Shown: piece after piece, positions 10,643 through 20,852 of the stretch | Position numbering within the stretch: position 1 is the stretch's first letter | Layout of the letters: each line of letters starts with the position of its first letter | Source of the DNA: a bacterium | GTDB lineage: Bacteria > Omnitrophota > Gorgyraeia > Zapsychrales > Zapsychraceae | Assembly: GCA_030429765.1 (NCBI GenBank) | Contig: JAUIER010000001.1 | Span: 65,014 to 129,013, forward strand | Length of the DNA: 64,000 nt | Direction: 5' to 3' | Translations under genes and position numbers: made by a program | Notes under the pieces: model-generated | Seen by the model: the letters and a program-made list of their open reading frames with translations, nothing else | What the model was told of the DNA's origin: nothing | The model's database searches: none

Positions 10643-11622
10643 TGCGAAAACACGCCGTCAAAATTCTAGTCTTGTGCTTTGTCTTGGGGATCACCACCCA
10701 GGCGTCTGCCAAACAGCTGCTGAGTTTCCATGGAGTGCTGGATCTACAGGCTGAAAGTCTGGACGTCAACGTGGAGGTGTCCCCGGATGAAACCATTCGC
10801 GGATCGTTCCGCAAGGCCAGCGACGGCGTGTATGATCTAAAGGTCGATCTGGATCACGTGAAAGTCATGAATTATGATCTCTCGACGGAGATTCAGTCCC
10901 GGATAGAATTTAGAGACACCAACATCTATTCCTCGGAAATGATCGTTGGACGAATCTGGAGCAATTATTCGGTGGTGGACTTAAAGCCGGTTAAAGAATT
11001 AAGCGGGACATTCAAGATCGGAAATAACCATTTAGTTCTTAACGACGTGTCCTTCGGCGCGCTGAATACCAGCGGCTATATTGATCTACAGGCCCCGCAC
11101 AAACTCGATGTGGGGATCAATGTCAATTTCATGGAGATGGAAGACTTTCTGAAGTTCTGGATGAACACGGAAAATTACAGTTCCTCCGGGCAGGTGGCCG
11201 GCGTGATCAAGGCAACCGGCACAGTTGACCGGTTGAATCTGCGCGGAAACTTGAAGAGTTTTGATGGCCGGATTAAGGACATGAACTATGACAGTCTGGC
11301 GCTGAACATCGAAGGTGTGTACCCGGACTTTCAGATTGATAAGTCGTCCAACTTGTCCCGTGTCGATGGGATGAGTTTTTCATTCGACGGGCCGATTGAT
11401 TTTGCCGATCGTAAGGGATTCAAACGGCAGCTCAAGAATCTTAACATTTCGCCGCTGGTCAAAGAGTCAGCCTCCCAGAAGAAGTGGACGATTAAGCGTC
11501 ACAAGGAAAGTGGAGCTGATTCCGCGGAGCTTAAATATTTCATGCGCAAAGAAGGTTCGATCGGTTCTCAGAATGAAGAAGAGGCCGCGCTGTTCGGCAT
11601 TGAACGTGTGTTGGAATTCTAA
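10642..11622 (+). CDS. hypothetical secreted protein
   Basis: Signal peptide [23 protein letters not shown]. No recognisable domain. Sits between clpC and radA. Confidence 0.5.
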   Translation: MRKHAVKILVLCFVLGITTQASAKQLLSFHGVLDLQAESLDVNVEVSPDETIRGSFRKASDGVYDLKVDLDHVKVMNYDLSTEIQSRIEFRDTNIYSSEMIVGRIWSNYSVVDLKPVKELSGTFKIGNNHLVLNDVSFGALNTSGYIDLQAPHKLDVGINVNFMEMEDFLKFWMNTENYSSSGQVAGVIKATGTVDRLNLRGNLKSFDGRIKDMNYDSLALNIEGVYPDFQIDKSSNLSRVDGMSFSFDGPIDFADRKGFKRQLKNLNISPLVKESASQKKWTIKRHKESGADSAELKYFMRKEGSIGSQNEEEAALFGIERVLEF

Positions 11623-11652
11623 TCCATCCATTTCTCGCAGCACGAAAATATC

Positions 11653-13023
11653 ATGGTTAAAACCAAAACAGTTTATGTATGTCAGGAATGTGGAGCCCAG
11701 TCTCCGCGATGGCAGGGAAAATGCGTAAGCTGCAACGCCTGGAATTCGCTGGTCGAAGAAAGTCTAACGCCGGCAGATCCGCGCCGTCCAACCGCATCTT
11801 ATAAAGAACAGCCTGTCCTTCTCAGCGAAATTCAGCACAACGATGAAAGCCGGTATCAAACCGGGATCCGTGAATTGGACCGGGTTCTGGGCGGCGGCAT
11901 TGTACAGGGGTCGGTGACATTGATCGGTGGGGATCCGGGCATCGGCAAGTCAACCTTGTCCCTTCAGATTGGATGTTCGTTAAGCGACAGCGGACTCAAA
12001 GTTTTGTATGTGAGCGGTGAAGAGTCTGTGAAGCAGACCAGCCTGCGGGCCAAACGGATCAGCAGCTCAGATCCAAAATCGCTGTACATTGTGAATCAGG
12101 TCGACCTGAACGCCATTCTGGATTACATCAAGAAGATGTCTCCCGATGTGGTCGTGATCGACTCGATTCAGGTGATCTATAATTCGGAGATTGCGTCGTC
12201 GCCGGGAAGTGTCAGTCAGGTTCGGGAATGTTCAGCCATCCTGACGCATCTCGCGAAATCCAAAGGGATCGCGTTGTTTATTATCGGGCACGTGACCAAA
12301 GAGGGGATGTTGGCCGGACCGCGCGTTTTGGAGCACATCGTCGATACAGTGTTGTATTTTGAAGGCGAACGGTATTCGTCGTACCGGATTCTGCGGGCCA
12401 CCAAGAACCGTTTTGGATCGACTAATGAGATCGGTCTTTTTGAAATGATGTCGACCGGATTGACCGAGGTGCCTAACCCGTCGGAGATATTCCTCTCGGA
12501 ACGCGCCAGCAACACATCCGGTTCAGTCATTGTTCCGATTCTGGAAGGAACCCGTCCGTTTCTGGTTGAGATCCAGGGGCTTGTCAGCCGTTCGAGTTTT
12601 AACATGGTGCGCCAAAAGGCACAGGGCTTTGATATAAATCGTCTGGCGTTATTGATCGCTGTGCTCGACAAACGGATCGGACTCAACATGGCCGACAAGG
12701 ATGTCTTTTTGAACGTTGTCGGAGGCGTTCGATTGATGGATCCGGCGGCGGACCTGGGGGTTGTTCTGGCGATGGCCACGGCGTTGCTGGACAAGTCGGT
12801 CGACCGGTCAACCGTTGTGGTCGGGGAAGTGGGGTTATCGTCGGAAGTTCGCAGCGTCAGCCAATTGGCGCTTAGGGTTAACGAAGCACAGAAGCTCGGA
12901 TTTAAACGATGTATTGTGCCGAAAAATAATCTCAAGGCCAAGATTGAATTGCCGACAGATTTAATTGAGGTCTTTCCCGTGGAGACGGTCCGGGAGGCGT
13001 TGGATCTATTGGAGCAGTTTTAA
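11653..13023 (+). CDS. radA: DNA repair protein RadA/Sms
   Basis: N-terminal C4 zinc finger (CxxC...CxxC), RecA-like Walker A GDPGIGKST, KNRFG motif and Lon-like C-terminal domain. Confidence 0.9.
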   Translation: MVKTKTVYVCQECGAQSPRWQGKCVSCNAWNSLVEESLTPADPRRPTASYKEQPVLLSEIQHNDESRYQTGIRELDRVLGGGIVQGSVTLIGGDPGIGKSTLSLQIGCSLSDSGLKVLYVSGEESVKQTSLRAKRISSSDPKSLYIVNQVDLNAILDYIKKMSPDVVVIDSIQVIYNSEIASSPGSVSQVRECSAILTHLAKSKGIALFIIGHVTKEGMLAGPRVLEHIVDTVLYFEGERYSSYRILRATKNRFGSTNEIGLFEMMSTGLTEVPNPSEIFLSERASNTSGSVIVPILEGTRPFLVEIQGLVSRSSFNMVRQKAQGFDINRLALLIAVLDKRIGLNMADKDVFLNVVGGVRLMDPAADLGVVLAMATALLDKSVDRSTVVVGEVGLSSEVRSVSQLALRVNEAQKLGFKRCIVPKNNLKAKIELPTDLIEVFPVETVREALDLLEQF

Positions 13024-13030
13024 GGATATT

Positions 13031-14005
13031 ATGACCATTACCTTTATTCGGATTTTCTTTTTACTCGTCAGTGGGGTCACGGGATATTATGTCGGTAGTC
13101 TGCTGCAATCACCGCTGTTTGGCGCGCAGATTGGATTCTTAAGCGGATTGTTGATCATTTTCGTTGAACGATCTATGCAGCGGGTTTCGGTCCGGGGGCT
13201 GTCGAGTATGGTCTTTGGGCTATTGTTGGGATTTTTTATGGCGAAGCTTCTGGCCGATATTTTGTCGTTGATCCCGTTATCCGAATTTATTCATTCCGTC
13301 ACGCGCGTAATTTTGACGCTTGTGTTTTCTTACATCGGAACCGTGATCGCGCTGCGCGGTAAAGATGAATTCAATATCATTATCCCGTATGTGAAATTCA
13401 GACGGGAAGACGTCAAGGACGCCGTTGTGTTGCTTGATTCGAGCGCGATTATTGACGGACGGGTCACCGATATTTTTAAAACGCATTTTCTGGCCGGTCG
13501 TTTGGTGGTGCCGCGGTTTGTCCTGCATGAAATTCAGCATCTGGCGGATTCGGCGGATGATCTCAAACGTGAACGCGGTCGACGGGGACTGGAGTTATTA
13601 CGCTTGATGCGTGAGGATCCCAAGATGGATGTGCACATTCACGAAGATGATCTGACCGGCCCCGAACCGGTGGATGCCAAGCTGATCCGTCTGGCCAAGA
13701 TGATGGACGCCCGTATCTGCACAACGGATTTTAATTTGGGGCGAACCGCCGAACTTCAAGGGGTAGATACACTGAATATTAACGAGTTGGTTCACGCGGT
13801 CAAGTCGGTGTTGTTTACCGGTGATAAGATTGATGTCAAACTAATCAAAGAGGGAAAGGAACCGCATCAGGCTATCGGCTATATGGAAGATGGAACAATG
13901 ATTGTGGTAGCGAATGCCAGTCAGTACATTGGACAGGAAGTCAAAGCGGATGTGACGTCCGTACTGCAAACGCAGGCCGGTAAAATGATTTTTGCGAAGA
14001 TTTAG
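13031..14005 (+). CDS. yacL: PIN and TRAM domain membrane protein (YacL-like)
   Basis: N-terminal TM helices, a PIN domain (VLLDSSAIIDGR...) and a C-terminal TRAM domain. The ATG at 13031 avoids the out-of-frame overlap with radA implied by the ORF-track start at 12965. Confidence 0.7.
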   Translation: MTITFIRIFFLLVSGVTGYYVGSLLQSPLFGAQIGFLSGLLIIFVERSMQRVSVRGLSSMVFGLLLGFFMAKLLADILSLIPLSEFIHSVTRVILTLVFSYIGTVIALRGKDEFNIIIPYVKFRREDVKDAVVLLDSSAIIDGRVTDIFKTHFLAGRLVVPRFVLHEIQHLADSADDLKRERGRRGLELLRLMREDPKMDVHIHEDDLTGPEPVDAKLIRLAKMMDARICTTDFNLGRTAELQGVDTLNINELVHAVKSVLFTGDKIDVKLIKEGKEPHQAIGYMEDGTMIVVANASQYIGQEVKADVTSVLQTQAGKMIFAKI

Positions 14006-14007
14006 TT

Positions 14008-14685
14008 ATGAAAGCACAGGCTATTATCCCCACTGCCGGAATGGGAACCCGTATGGGCTCCGCCATTCCCAAGACCTTGATGGCGATCAATGGTGTCCCG
14101 TTGATCATTCATACCTTACGGGTGTTTGAACAATGTGAGGCGATTGACGCCGTTATTCTGGTCGTGCATCAGGACTTTGCGGAAGATTATCGTCAGGCCG
14201 TGGATAAGTTCGGGATCACGAAAATTAAGGAATATATCACCGGCGGGCAAACGCGTTGCCAGTCCGTCGGGAATGGATTATCGTATCTGGATGATGACTG
14301 TGATGTGATTGTTGTTCATGACGGCGCGCGTCCGTTGGTGACGCCCAAGTTGATAGAGCGGGCCATCGGGATGTGCAGCGTCGAGAAAGCGGTGGTGGTC
14401 GGACTGCCGGTCAAACAAACCATCAAAAAGGTCAGTGTTAATGAAGCCATTGTTGAGAAAACACTGAACCGCGAAGAGCTGTGGGAGATTCAGACGCCGC
14501 AAGTCTTTCAGAAGGAAGTCCTGATGGATGCGTACGAACAAACGGACAATTATGAGGCAACGGATGACGCGTCGCTGGTCGAACGGATTGGGATCAAGGT
14601 CAAAGTTATCGAAGGCGATTATATGAATGTCAAGGTCACAACGCCGGAAGATTTGATTATCGTCCAGAAACTGCTGGATAAATAG
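14008..14685 (+). CDS. ispD: 2-C-methyl-D-erythritol 4-phosphate cytidylyltransferase
   Basis: IspD N-terminal motif AIIPTAGMGTRMGS...PKTL. About 225 aa. Followed by ispF. Confidence 0.85.
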   Translation: MKAQAIIPTAGMGTRMGSAIPKTLMAINGVPLIIHTLRVFEQCEAIDAVILVVHQDFAEDYRQAVDKFGITKIKEYITGGQTRCQSVGNGLSYLDDDCDVIVVHDGARPLVTPKLIERAIGMCSVEKAVVVGLPVKQTIKKVSVNEAIVEKTLNREELWEIQTPQVFQKEVLMDAYEQTDNYEATDDASLVERIGIKVKVIEGDYMNVKVTTPEDLIIVQKLLDK

Positions 14686-14694
14686 GTCAGGTAT

Positions 14695-15174
14695 ATGTCG
14701 TTTAAGATTGGTATGGGCTATGACATTCACCGATTTGCACAGGGACGCAAATTGGTCCTGGGCGGGATTGAGATTCCCCACGAGCGCGGTCTGGAGGGGC
14801 ATAGTGACGCGGATGTCCTTTTGCATGCCCTGTGCGACGCGATCCTGGGCGCGCTTGGTCTAGGCGATATCGGCGAGCATTTTCCGAATACGGATATGAA
14901 ATTCAAGGATATTTCCAGTCTTAAGCTGCTTGATGAGGTCAAAGCTCAGATGGAGCTGCGGCAGTTTCGCATTGGTAACATAGACTGCATGGTGCAGGCG
15001 GAGGAGCCCAAGATCAACGCGCATAAGGCCGCGATGCAAAGCAAGATCGCGGAGCACCTGGCGATCGACCAGAGCCTCATCAATATCAAGGCCACGACAA
15101 TGGAAAAATTGGGATCTATTGGCCGCGCGGAAGGGATTGCCGCCTTTGCCACGGTTCTTTTGGAGCGGGTCTAG
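14695..15174 (+). CDS. ispF: 2-C-methyl-D-erythritol 2,4-cyclodiphosphate synthase
   Basis: IspF motifs GYDIHRF and GHSDADVLLHAL. 159 aa. Confidence 0.9.
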   Translation: MSFKIGMGYDIHRFAQGRKLVLGGIEIPHERGLEGHSDADVLLHALCDAILGALGLGDIGEHFPNTDMKFKDISSLKLLDEVKAQMELRQFRIGNIDCMVQAEEPKINAHKAAMQSKIAEHLAIDQSLINIKATTMEKLGSIGRAEGIAAFATVLLERV

Positions 15175-15193
15175 TCGGGACGGAGAGTTATAA

Positions 15194-15889
15194 ATGAATA
15201 TCACACTACTAAATATCCTAATATTCTTTGTTGGCTTTTCCGTGGTTTGGGCCGTGTTGGTGGCTGTTTTTTTTGCCAAGGAAATTCGCTGCACCAAGGA
15301 AAAAGATCCGGCCGCCAAGGGATATCTGGAGATTATTTTATTATACCCGGGGCTACACGCGCTGATCGCCCATCGGATGGCTCATGCCATCTGGAATTTT
15401 CGGATGCGATTTCTCGCGCGCTTTTTATCGCAAATATCACGTTTTATTACCGGCATCGAGATTCATCCCGGCGCCAGGATTGGAGACGGCTTGTTTATCG
15501 ATCATGGAATGGGCGTGGTGATTGGTGAAACCACGATCATCGGAAACAATGTGACACTTTTCCAAGGTGTAACACTCGGCGGAACAGGCAAGGAAACCGG
15601 CAAGCGGCATCCGACGCTGGGCAACAATGTTGTCGTCGGGACCGGGGCCAAGGTTTTGGGAAATATCACGATCGGGGACAATACCTATGTGGGGGCCAAC
15701 GCTGTGGTGCTTCGATCGGTGCCCGCGAATACCACGGTAGTGGGCGTGCCCGGGCATATCACCAAGAAAGACGGAAAGCGGGTGGATCCGATGGATCACG
15801 GCGGGGTATCTGACCCGGTCATGGTTCATATGAAGGATATGATCAAACGCATCAAGACCCTCGAAGACAGTCAAAAGCGAAAGTCTTAA
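15194..15889 (+). CDS. cysE: serine O-acetyltransferase
   Basis: Left-handed beta-helix hexapeptide repeats with the CysE-type motif IHPGARIGDGLFIDHGMGVVIGETTIIG. Confidence 0.8.
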   Translation: MNITLLNILIFFVGFSVVWAVLVAVFFAKEIRCTKEKDPAAKGYLEIILLYPGLHALIAHRMAHAIWNFRMRFLARFLSQISRFITGIEIHPGARIGDGLFIDHGMGVVIGETTIIGNNVTLFQGVTLGGTGKETGKRHPTLGNNVVVGTGAKVLGNITIGDNTYVGANAVVLRSVPANTTVVGVPGHITKKDGKRVDPMDHGGVSDPVMVHMKDMIKRIKTLEDSQKRKS

Positions 15890-15917
15890 GCCGAATCAGG
15901 TTTTTAATTATCTAACA

Positions 15918-16550
15918 ATGCCGACAAAAGCACGCGGAAAATTTATCACATTTGAAGGATCGGAAGGATCTGGCAAAAGCACGCAGATCAATTTGCTGTG
16001 CGAATATCTCAAGTCCGAGAGACATCCGGTGCTGTTTGTGCGTGAACCCGGCGGTGTGAAGATCAGTGAGAAGATCCGCGATATCTTGCTGGACGTCAAG
16101 AATCAGGAAATGAATCAGGAATGTGAAATGCTGCTGTATATGGCGGCCCGCGCGCAGCTCGTCGAGGAAGTCGTCCAGCCGGCCCTGAAGCAGGGCAAGA
16201 TTGTGATCTGCGATAGATTTTTGGATTCGACCGTCGTGTATCAAGGATACGGACATCGGATGGATGTCGCCTTTATCCGGAAAGTCGGTCGTTTTGTCAC
16301 TCAGGGATGTGATCCGGATTTGACCTTTTTATTTGATATCGACGCGTCCAAGGGATTAGCACGGATTAAACGCGCTAAAGACCGTATTGAAAAACGCGCG
16401 ATGGCCTATCATCGGCGTGTCCGGGACGGTTATTTGGAAATCGCCCGTCGAGAGCCCCGGCGGATCAAGGTCATCCCGTCTGAACAAAGTATCGAAGAGA
16501 TTCATGATCAAGTTGTTAAATACGTTAACCGACTGCTGAGCAAAAAATGA
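15918..16550 (+). CDS. tmk: thymidylate kinase
   Basis: P-loop FITFEGSEGSGKST and DRF motif (DRFLDST). Confidence 0.9.
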   Translation: MPTKARGKFITFEGSEGSGKSTQINLLCEYLKSERHPVLFVREPGGVKISEKIRDILLDVKNQEMNQECEMLLYMAARAQLVEEVVQPALKQGKIVICDRFLDSTVVYQGYGHRMDVAFIRKVGRFVTQGCDPDLTFLFDIDASKGLARIKRAKDRIEKRAMAYHRRVRDGYLEIARREPRRIKVIPSEQSIEEIHDQVVKYVNRLLSKK

Positions 16551-17452
16551 CCACGATCGAGATTCCGCCACATGCTGATATCGTTGATCGATTGCTGAAG
16601 TTGCATGAAGCTGATCGTTTGGCCCACGCATACCTGTTTATCGGGCAGAAATATACCGGAAAGTCCCAAACCGCCCAGGCGGTTGCCCGACAGATCAGCA
16701 GCAAAATCGATACGCATGTGATCGAATGCGAGTATGGCGAGAAGATCAAGATCGATGAGATCCGTCAGATTCTGGGTATGGTCAAGCTGCGTCCGTTCAA
16801 CGCCCCAAAAAAGGTCTTTATCATTCGGGATGTGGAACAGCTCACGATCGAGAGCTCCAACGCCCTGCTTAAAACCCTCGAAGAACCTTCAGCCAGCAGT
16901 GTGCTGATTTTAACGACATCAGTGGTCGAGCGACTGCTTCCTACGATCATTTCCAGATGTCACCGTGTGTATTTCGCGACCCCCTCGAAAGAATATCTTG
17001 CAGAACAATTGCAGACCCATTATCATGAAGACGCCTCAGAAGCGCATTTCCTCGGGGCCTTCGCGGACGGAAGTCTGGGAGCCGCGATGAAATACAAAGA
17101 AAAAAAGCTCTTTTCGGCCAAGAATCAATGGATTACGGAGTATATATTCGGTCAGCAGCCGGATGATTTTATCAAGAACCGGCTCAAGGATAAGGAAGTT
17201 ACTAAGGACTTTCTGGATGTGCTGTTGAGCTGGGTCCGTGATGCGACATTGATTCATGTCGAGGTACCGAGCCGCTCGTTAGTGCATCTGGATCGAGTGG
17301 ATGAGCTGAATCGATTCGTCCGGCAATTTGACTTTGATTATTTGCAGGAAGTTTATGCTGAAATTGTGCAGGCGCAGAAAATGCTGGCGGAGAATTTGAA
17401 TATCAAATTGCCGCTGTTGATCATAAAGGAGAAGTTGTCATGGGGAAGATAG
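16547..17452 (+). CDS. holB: DNA polymerase III delta-prime subunit
   Basis: Clamp-loader AAA+ fold (AHAYLFIGQKYTGKS, SRC motif ISRCHRV). ATGA overlap with tmk. Confidence 0.8.
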   Translation: MTTIEIPPHADIVDRLLKLHEADRLAHAYLFIGQKYTGKSQTAQAVARQISSKIDTHVIECEYGEKIKIDEIRQILGMVKLRPFNAPKKVFIIRDVEQLTIESSNALLKTLEEPSASSVLILTTSVVERLLPTIISRCHRVYFATPSKEYLAEQLQTHYHEDASEAHFLGAFADGSLGAAMKYKEKKLFSAKNQWITEYIFGQQPDDFIKNRLKDKEVTKDFLDVLLSWVRDATLIHVEVPSRSLVHLDRVDELNRFVRQFDFDYLQEVYAEIVQAQKMLAENLNIKLPLLIIKEKLSWGR

Positions 17453-18228
17453 TGGAAGTCCAACTCGGAGAATACCGTTCGGTTGGATTTTATGACTTAA
17501 ATGGAGTGGATTGCGACCGCGATGACTACGTGGTCCTGGAAATAGATCGGGGATCAGAATTCGGGAAGATCGTATCAGAGGTAGACCGAGCCTGTACGGG
17601 CAAGACGGACAACGCCAAGGGCAAGATTCTACGCAAGTGTACCGAGGGCGATCTCAAGCAGATTGAAAACAACCGCAGCAAGGCCAAAGACGCGTACAAC
17701 ATTTGCACCCGTAAAATCACCGACCGTAAGCTTGAGATGAAGGTCACCAAGGTCGAGTATACATTTGATTGCAGTAAGATTATCTTTTTCTTTACGGCGG
17801 AAGGACGGGTGGACTTTCGCGCGCTCGTCAAGGATTTGGCCAAGGTGTTCCGGGTCCGAATTGAGCTCAAACAGATCGGTGTCCGCGATAAGGCCAAGAT
17901 CGTCGGTGGATACGGCGTCTGCGGACGGGAATTATGCTGCACGTCTTTCATGAAGAGTTTTCATCCGCTGTCGATCAAGATGGCCAAGGAGCAGGGACTG
18001 CCGTTGAACCCGTCCAGAATATCGGGGGTTTGCGGTCGGATCAAGTGCTGTATGGCTTATGAGTTTCAAGTCTATAAAGAATTGTCCCGTAATCTGCCGC
18101 ATGTCGGAGAAAGGATTGTCTTGCCGGAAGGCAAGGGACGGGTCATTGATGTGAATATCCTTCGCCGGCTGGTCAGTGTTGAGTTGCCGGAAGGACAGGT
18201 TGTTCGAACTGAATATACTAAAAAATAG
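17440..18228 (+). CDS. ricT: PSP1 C-terminal domain protein (RicT/YaaT-like)
   Basis: PSP1 domain with conserved Cys cluster (CGRELCC...CGRIKCC). Located after holB as in Bacillus. Confidence 0.75.
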   Translation: MGKIVEVQLGEYRSVGFYDLNGVDCDRDDYVVLEIDRGSEFGKIVSEVDRACTGKTDNAKGKILRKCTEGDLKQIENNRSKAKDAYNICTRKITDRKLEMKVTKVEYTFDCSKIIFFFTAEGRVDFRALVKDLAKVFRVRIELKQIGVRDKAKIVGGYGVCGRELCCTSFMKSFHPLSIKMAKEQGLPLNPSRISGVCGRIKCCMAYEFQVYKELSRNLPHVGERIVLPEGKGRVIDVNILRRLVSVELPEGQVVRTEYTKK

Positions 18229-18283
18229 GGACAATCCGTCTGCTGATGTCAAAAATTGGCGGGCGGATTTTGTTTGAAAGATT

Positions 18284-19792
18284 ATGGCACAAAAAAATTT
18301 CTATCTGACTACGCCGATCTATTATGTCAATGATGAACCGCATATCGGCCACGCCTATACCACGATACTGGCTGATGTGATTTCTCGTTTTCATCGGGCG
18401 AACGGCGACGAGGTTTTCTTCCTGACCGGTTTGGATGAACATGGCCAGAAAGTGCAGCAGGCGGCGGAAAAGCGTGGTCGCCAGCCCCAGGAGCATTGTG
18501 ATCTACTGGCGCCGCGGTTTATTCAGCTGTGGGAAAAGCTTGAGATCAAGTATGACGATTTTATCCGCACCACACAGGAACGCCATACCCGAATTGTTCA
18601 GCAGGTCCTGCAGGATGTTTACGATAAAGACGACATTTACATGGCCGAATACGAAGGATGGTACTCGGTGTCCGAAGAACGCTTTATCACGGACACGGAG
18701 AAGGATTCCGGAGAGTTCCGTGATATTAAGAAGATCCAGGAGAAAAATTATTTCTTCAAGATGAGCAAATATCAGGACCGTCTCATCGAGCATATTCAAT
18801 CCAACCCTGAATTTATCCAGCCCGAGCATCGCAAAAATGAGATCCTCGGATTTTTACGTCAGCCGTTGAATGATCTATGTATCTCACGTCCCAAATCACG
18901 GATGAGCTGGGGGATAGATTTGCCGTTTGACGATGAGTATGTGACTTATGTGTGGTTTGACGCGCTTCTCAATTACGTGTCGGGACCGGGTTATGGATCG
19001 GATGAGGCCAAGTTCAACAAATGGTGGCCGGCGGATGTGCATTTAATCGGGAAAGATATTTTGACAACCCATTGTGTGTATTGGCCGACGATGCTGTTTT
19101 CGATGGGGGTCGAACTGCCCAAGACGATATTCGCGCATGGCTGGTGGCTGACGGGCGATACCAAGATGAGTAAATCATTGGGCAACGTGGTGAATCCGTT
19201 AGACCTGATTGACGAATATGGCGTTGATCCGGTCCGCTACTATTTGATGAGTGAAATGGTGTTGGGACAGGACGCGAACTTTACCATGGAATCATTTATC
19301 AAGCGGTTTAACAGTGACCTGGCCAATGATTTCGGAAATCTTCTGAACCGTGTGAGCGGATTGATCGGAAAATATTTTGATGGCGTCATCCCGGAATTAG
19401 GTGAGTTAACACCGTCGGAACAACCGGTTGTCGAAAAGATTAACGCGCTCGAGTCTCAGGTTGCCGAATCGATCAACCAGCTTAAGGTCCAGGAGGCCGT
19501 GGATCAAATTCTGCAGCTGGTTCGTCTGGTTAATAAATACATGGAAGAACAGGCGCCGTGGCGCGTGGCCAAAGAGGATCTTTCGGCCGCCGGACGGATT
19601 CTGTATACCGCGACGGAAGCCCTGCGGGTTGTCGCTGTTCATTTAACAGCGGTGATGCCGGATAAAACGCGTACCGTTTTAGAAGTTCTCGGCGCGTTGG
19701 GGACCGGTAGTCAGTGGGGGCAATTGACCTCCGGCACCAAGTTGAAAGAACATGACGCCCTGTTCCCGCGATTGGAATTGCCTGCCGAATAA
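18284..19792 (+). CDS. metG: methionyl-tRNA synthetase (short form)
   Basis: Class I HIGH motif (PHIGHAYT) and KMSKS motif. Confidence 0.9.
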   Translation: MAQKNFYLTTPIYYVNDEPHIGHAYTTILADVISRFHRANGDEVFFLTGLDEHGQKVQQAAEKRGRQPQEHCDLLAPRFIQLWEKLEIKYDDFIRTTQERHTRIVQQVLQDVYDKDDIYMAEYEGWYSVSEERFITDTEKDSGEFRDIKKIQEKNYFFKMSKYQDRLIEHIQSNPEFIQPEHRKNEILGFLRQPLNDLCISRPKSRMSWGIDLPFDDEYVTYVWFDALLNYVSGPGYGSDEAKFNKWWPADVHLIGKDILTTHCVYWPTMLFSMGVELPKTIFAHGWWLTGDTKMSKSLGNVVNPLDLIDEYGVDPVRYYLMSEMVLGQDANFTMESFIKRFNSDLANDFGNLLNRVSGLIGKYFDGVIPELGELTPSEQPVVEKINALESQVAESINQLKVQEAVDQILQLVRLVNKYMEEQAPWRVAKEDLSAAGRILYTATEALRVVAVHLTAVMPDKTRTVLEVLGALGTGSQWGQLTSGTKLKEHDALFPRLELPAE

Positions 19793-19809
19793 AATTTCAA
19801 GGAGTCTTA

Positions 19810-20852
19810 TGGCCGTAGAAACAATCAAATGGGTGAACGGACGGATCCGGCTGATCGATCAGACACAGCTGCCCGACAAGTTTGAATATATCTATTGTGA
19901 CGATATCCGAACGTTGTGGAAGGCCATCAAAGTGCTGAGTGTTCGGGGCGCGCCCGCCATTGGAGTCGCCGCGGCGTTCGGCGTGGTGCTAGCGGCTAAT
20001 AATTCCACCACCAAAAATGTAAAGACACTTACCCGGCAGGTGCGTAAGGCATGCGGATATTTGTCAACATCACGTCCAACCGCGGTCAATCTGTTTTACG
20101 CGCTGGCCCGGATGGAGAAAGTTCTGGACCGTGATGATCTTCATTCCGTGGAAGATATCAAAAAGGCGCTCAAGGCCGAGGCCATGGCCATGTTCCGGGA
20201 AGATCAAACGGTCTGCCGCAATATGGGACGCGTCGGCGCCAAGCTCATCAAAAATAATTCGGCGATCATGACAATTTGTAATGCCGGAGCGCTCGCCACC
20301 GCGGATTATGGGACCGCCCTCGGAGTCATGTATGCCGCCCAGGAACAGGGGAAGGAGTTTAAGGTCTACGCCTGCGAGACACGCCCGCTGCTTCAAGGCG
20401 CCAGGTTGACGGCATGGGAATTGCATAAATCGGGGATTGATACGACGCTGATTTGCGACAGCATGGCGGCAACGCTCATGAAACAGGGACGGATTAGCGC
20501 GGTCTTTACCGGTGCCGACCGGATCGCCTCTAATGGGGATACGGCCAATAAAATCGGTACTTACAATTTGGCCGTGTTGTGTAAGCATCACCGGATTCCT
20601 TTTTATGTTGTGGCGCCGATCTCAACCTTTGATATGTCTATTCGGGATGGATCAGAAATTCCCATCGAAGAACGCGGACGCGACGAGGTGGCCGGTTTCA
20701 GAGATGTACAAACCGCGCCCCGGGGTGTGCCAGTATATAATCCTGCGTTTGATGTGACCGAAGCGAAATTGATTACCGGCATTGTCACAGAGAACGGACT
20801 CATCGCCGGGCCTAGCAAAACACGAGTCAAAAAAATTGTCAACGCGTCATGA
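19810..20852 (+). CDS. mtnA: methylthioribose-1-phosphate isomerase (eIF-2B alpha/beta/delta family)
   Basis: MtnA signature motifs (VRGAPAIG, GADRIA.NGDTANKIGTY). Start placed at the ATG at 19810, after the metG stop. Confidence 0.8.

Noticed and set aside
12965-13030. ORF-track start at 12965 for the PIN-TRAM gene
   Set aside because: That start would overlap the last 59 nt of radA in another frame. The ATG at 13031, preceded by AAGGA, gives the expected TM N-terminus, so the shorter gene was preferred.
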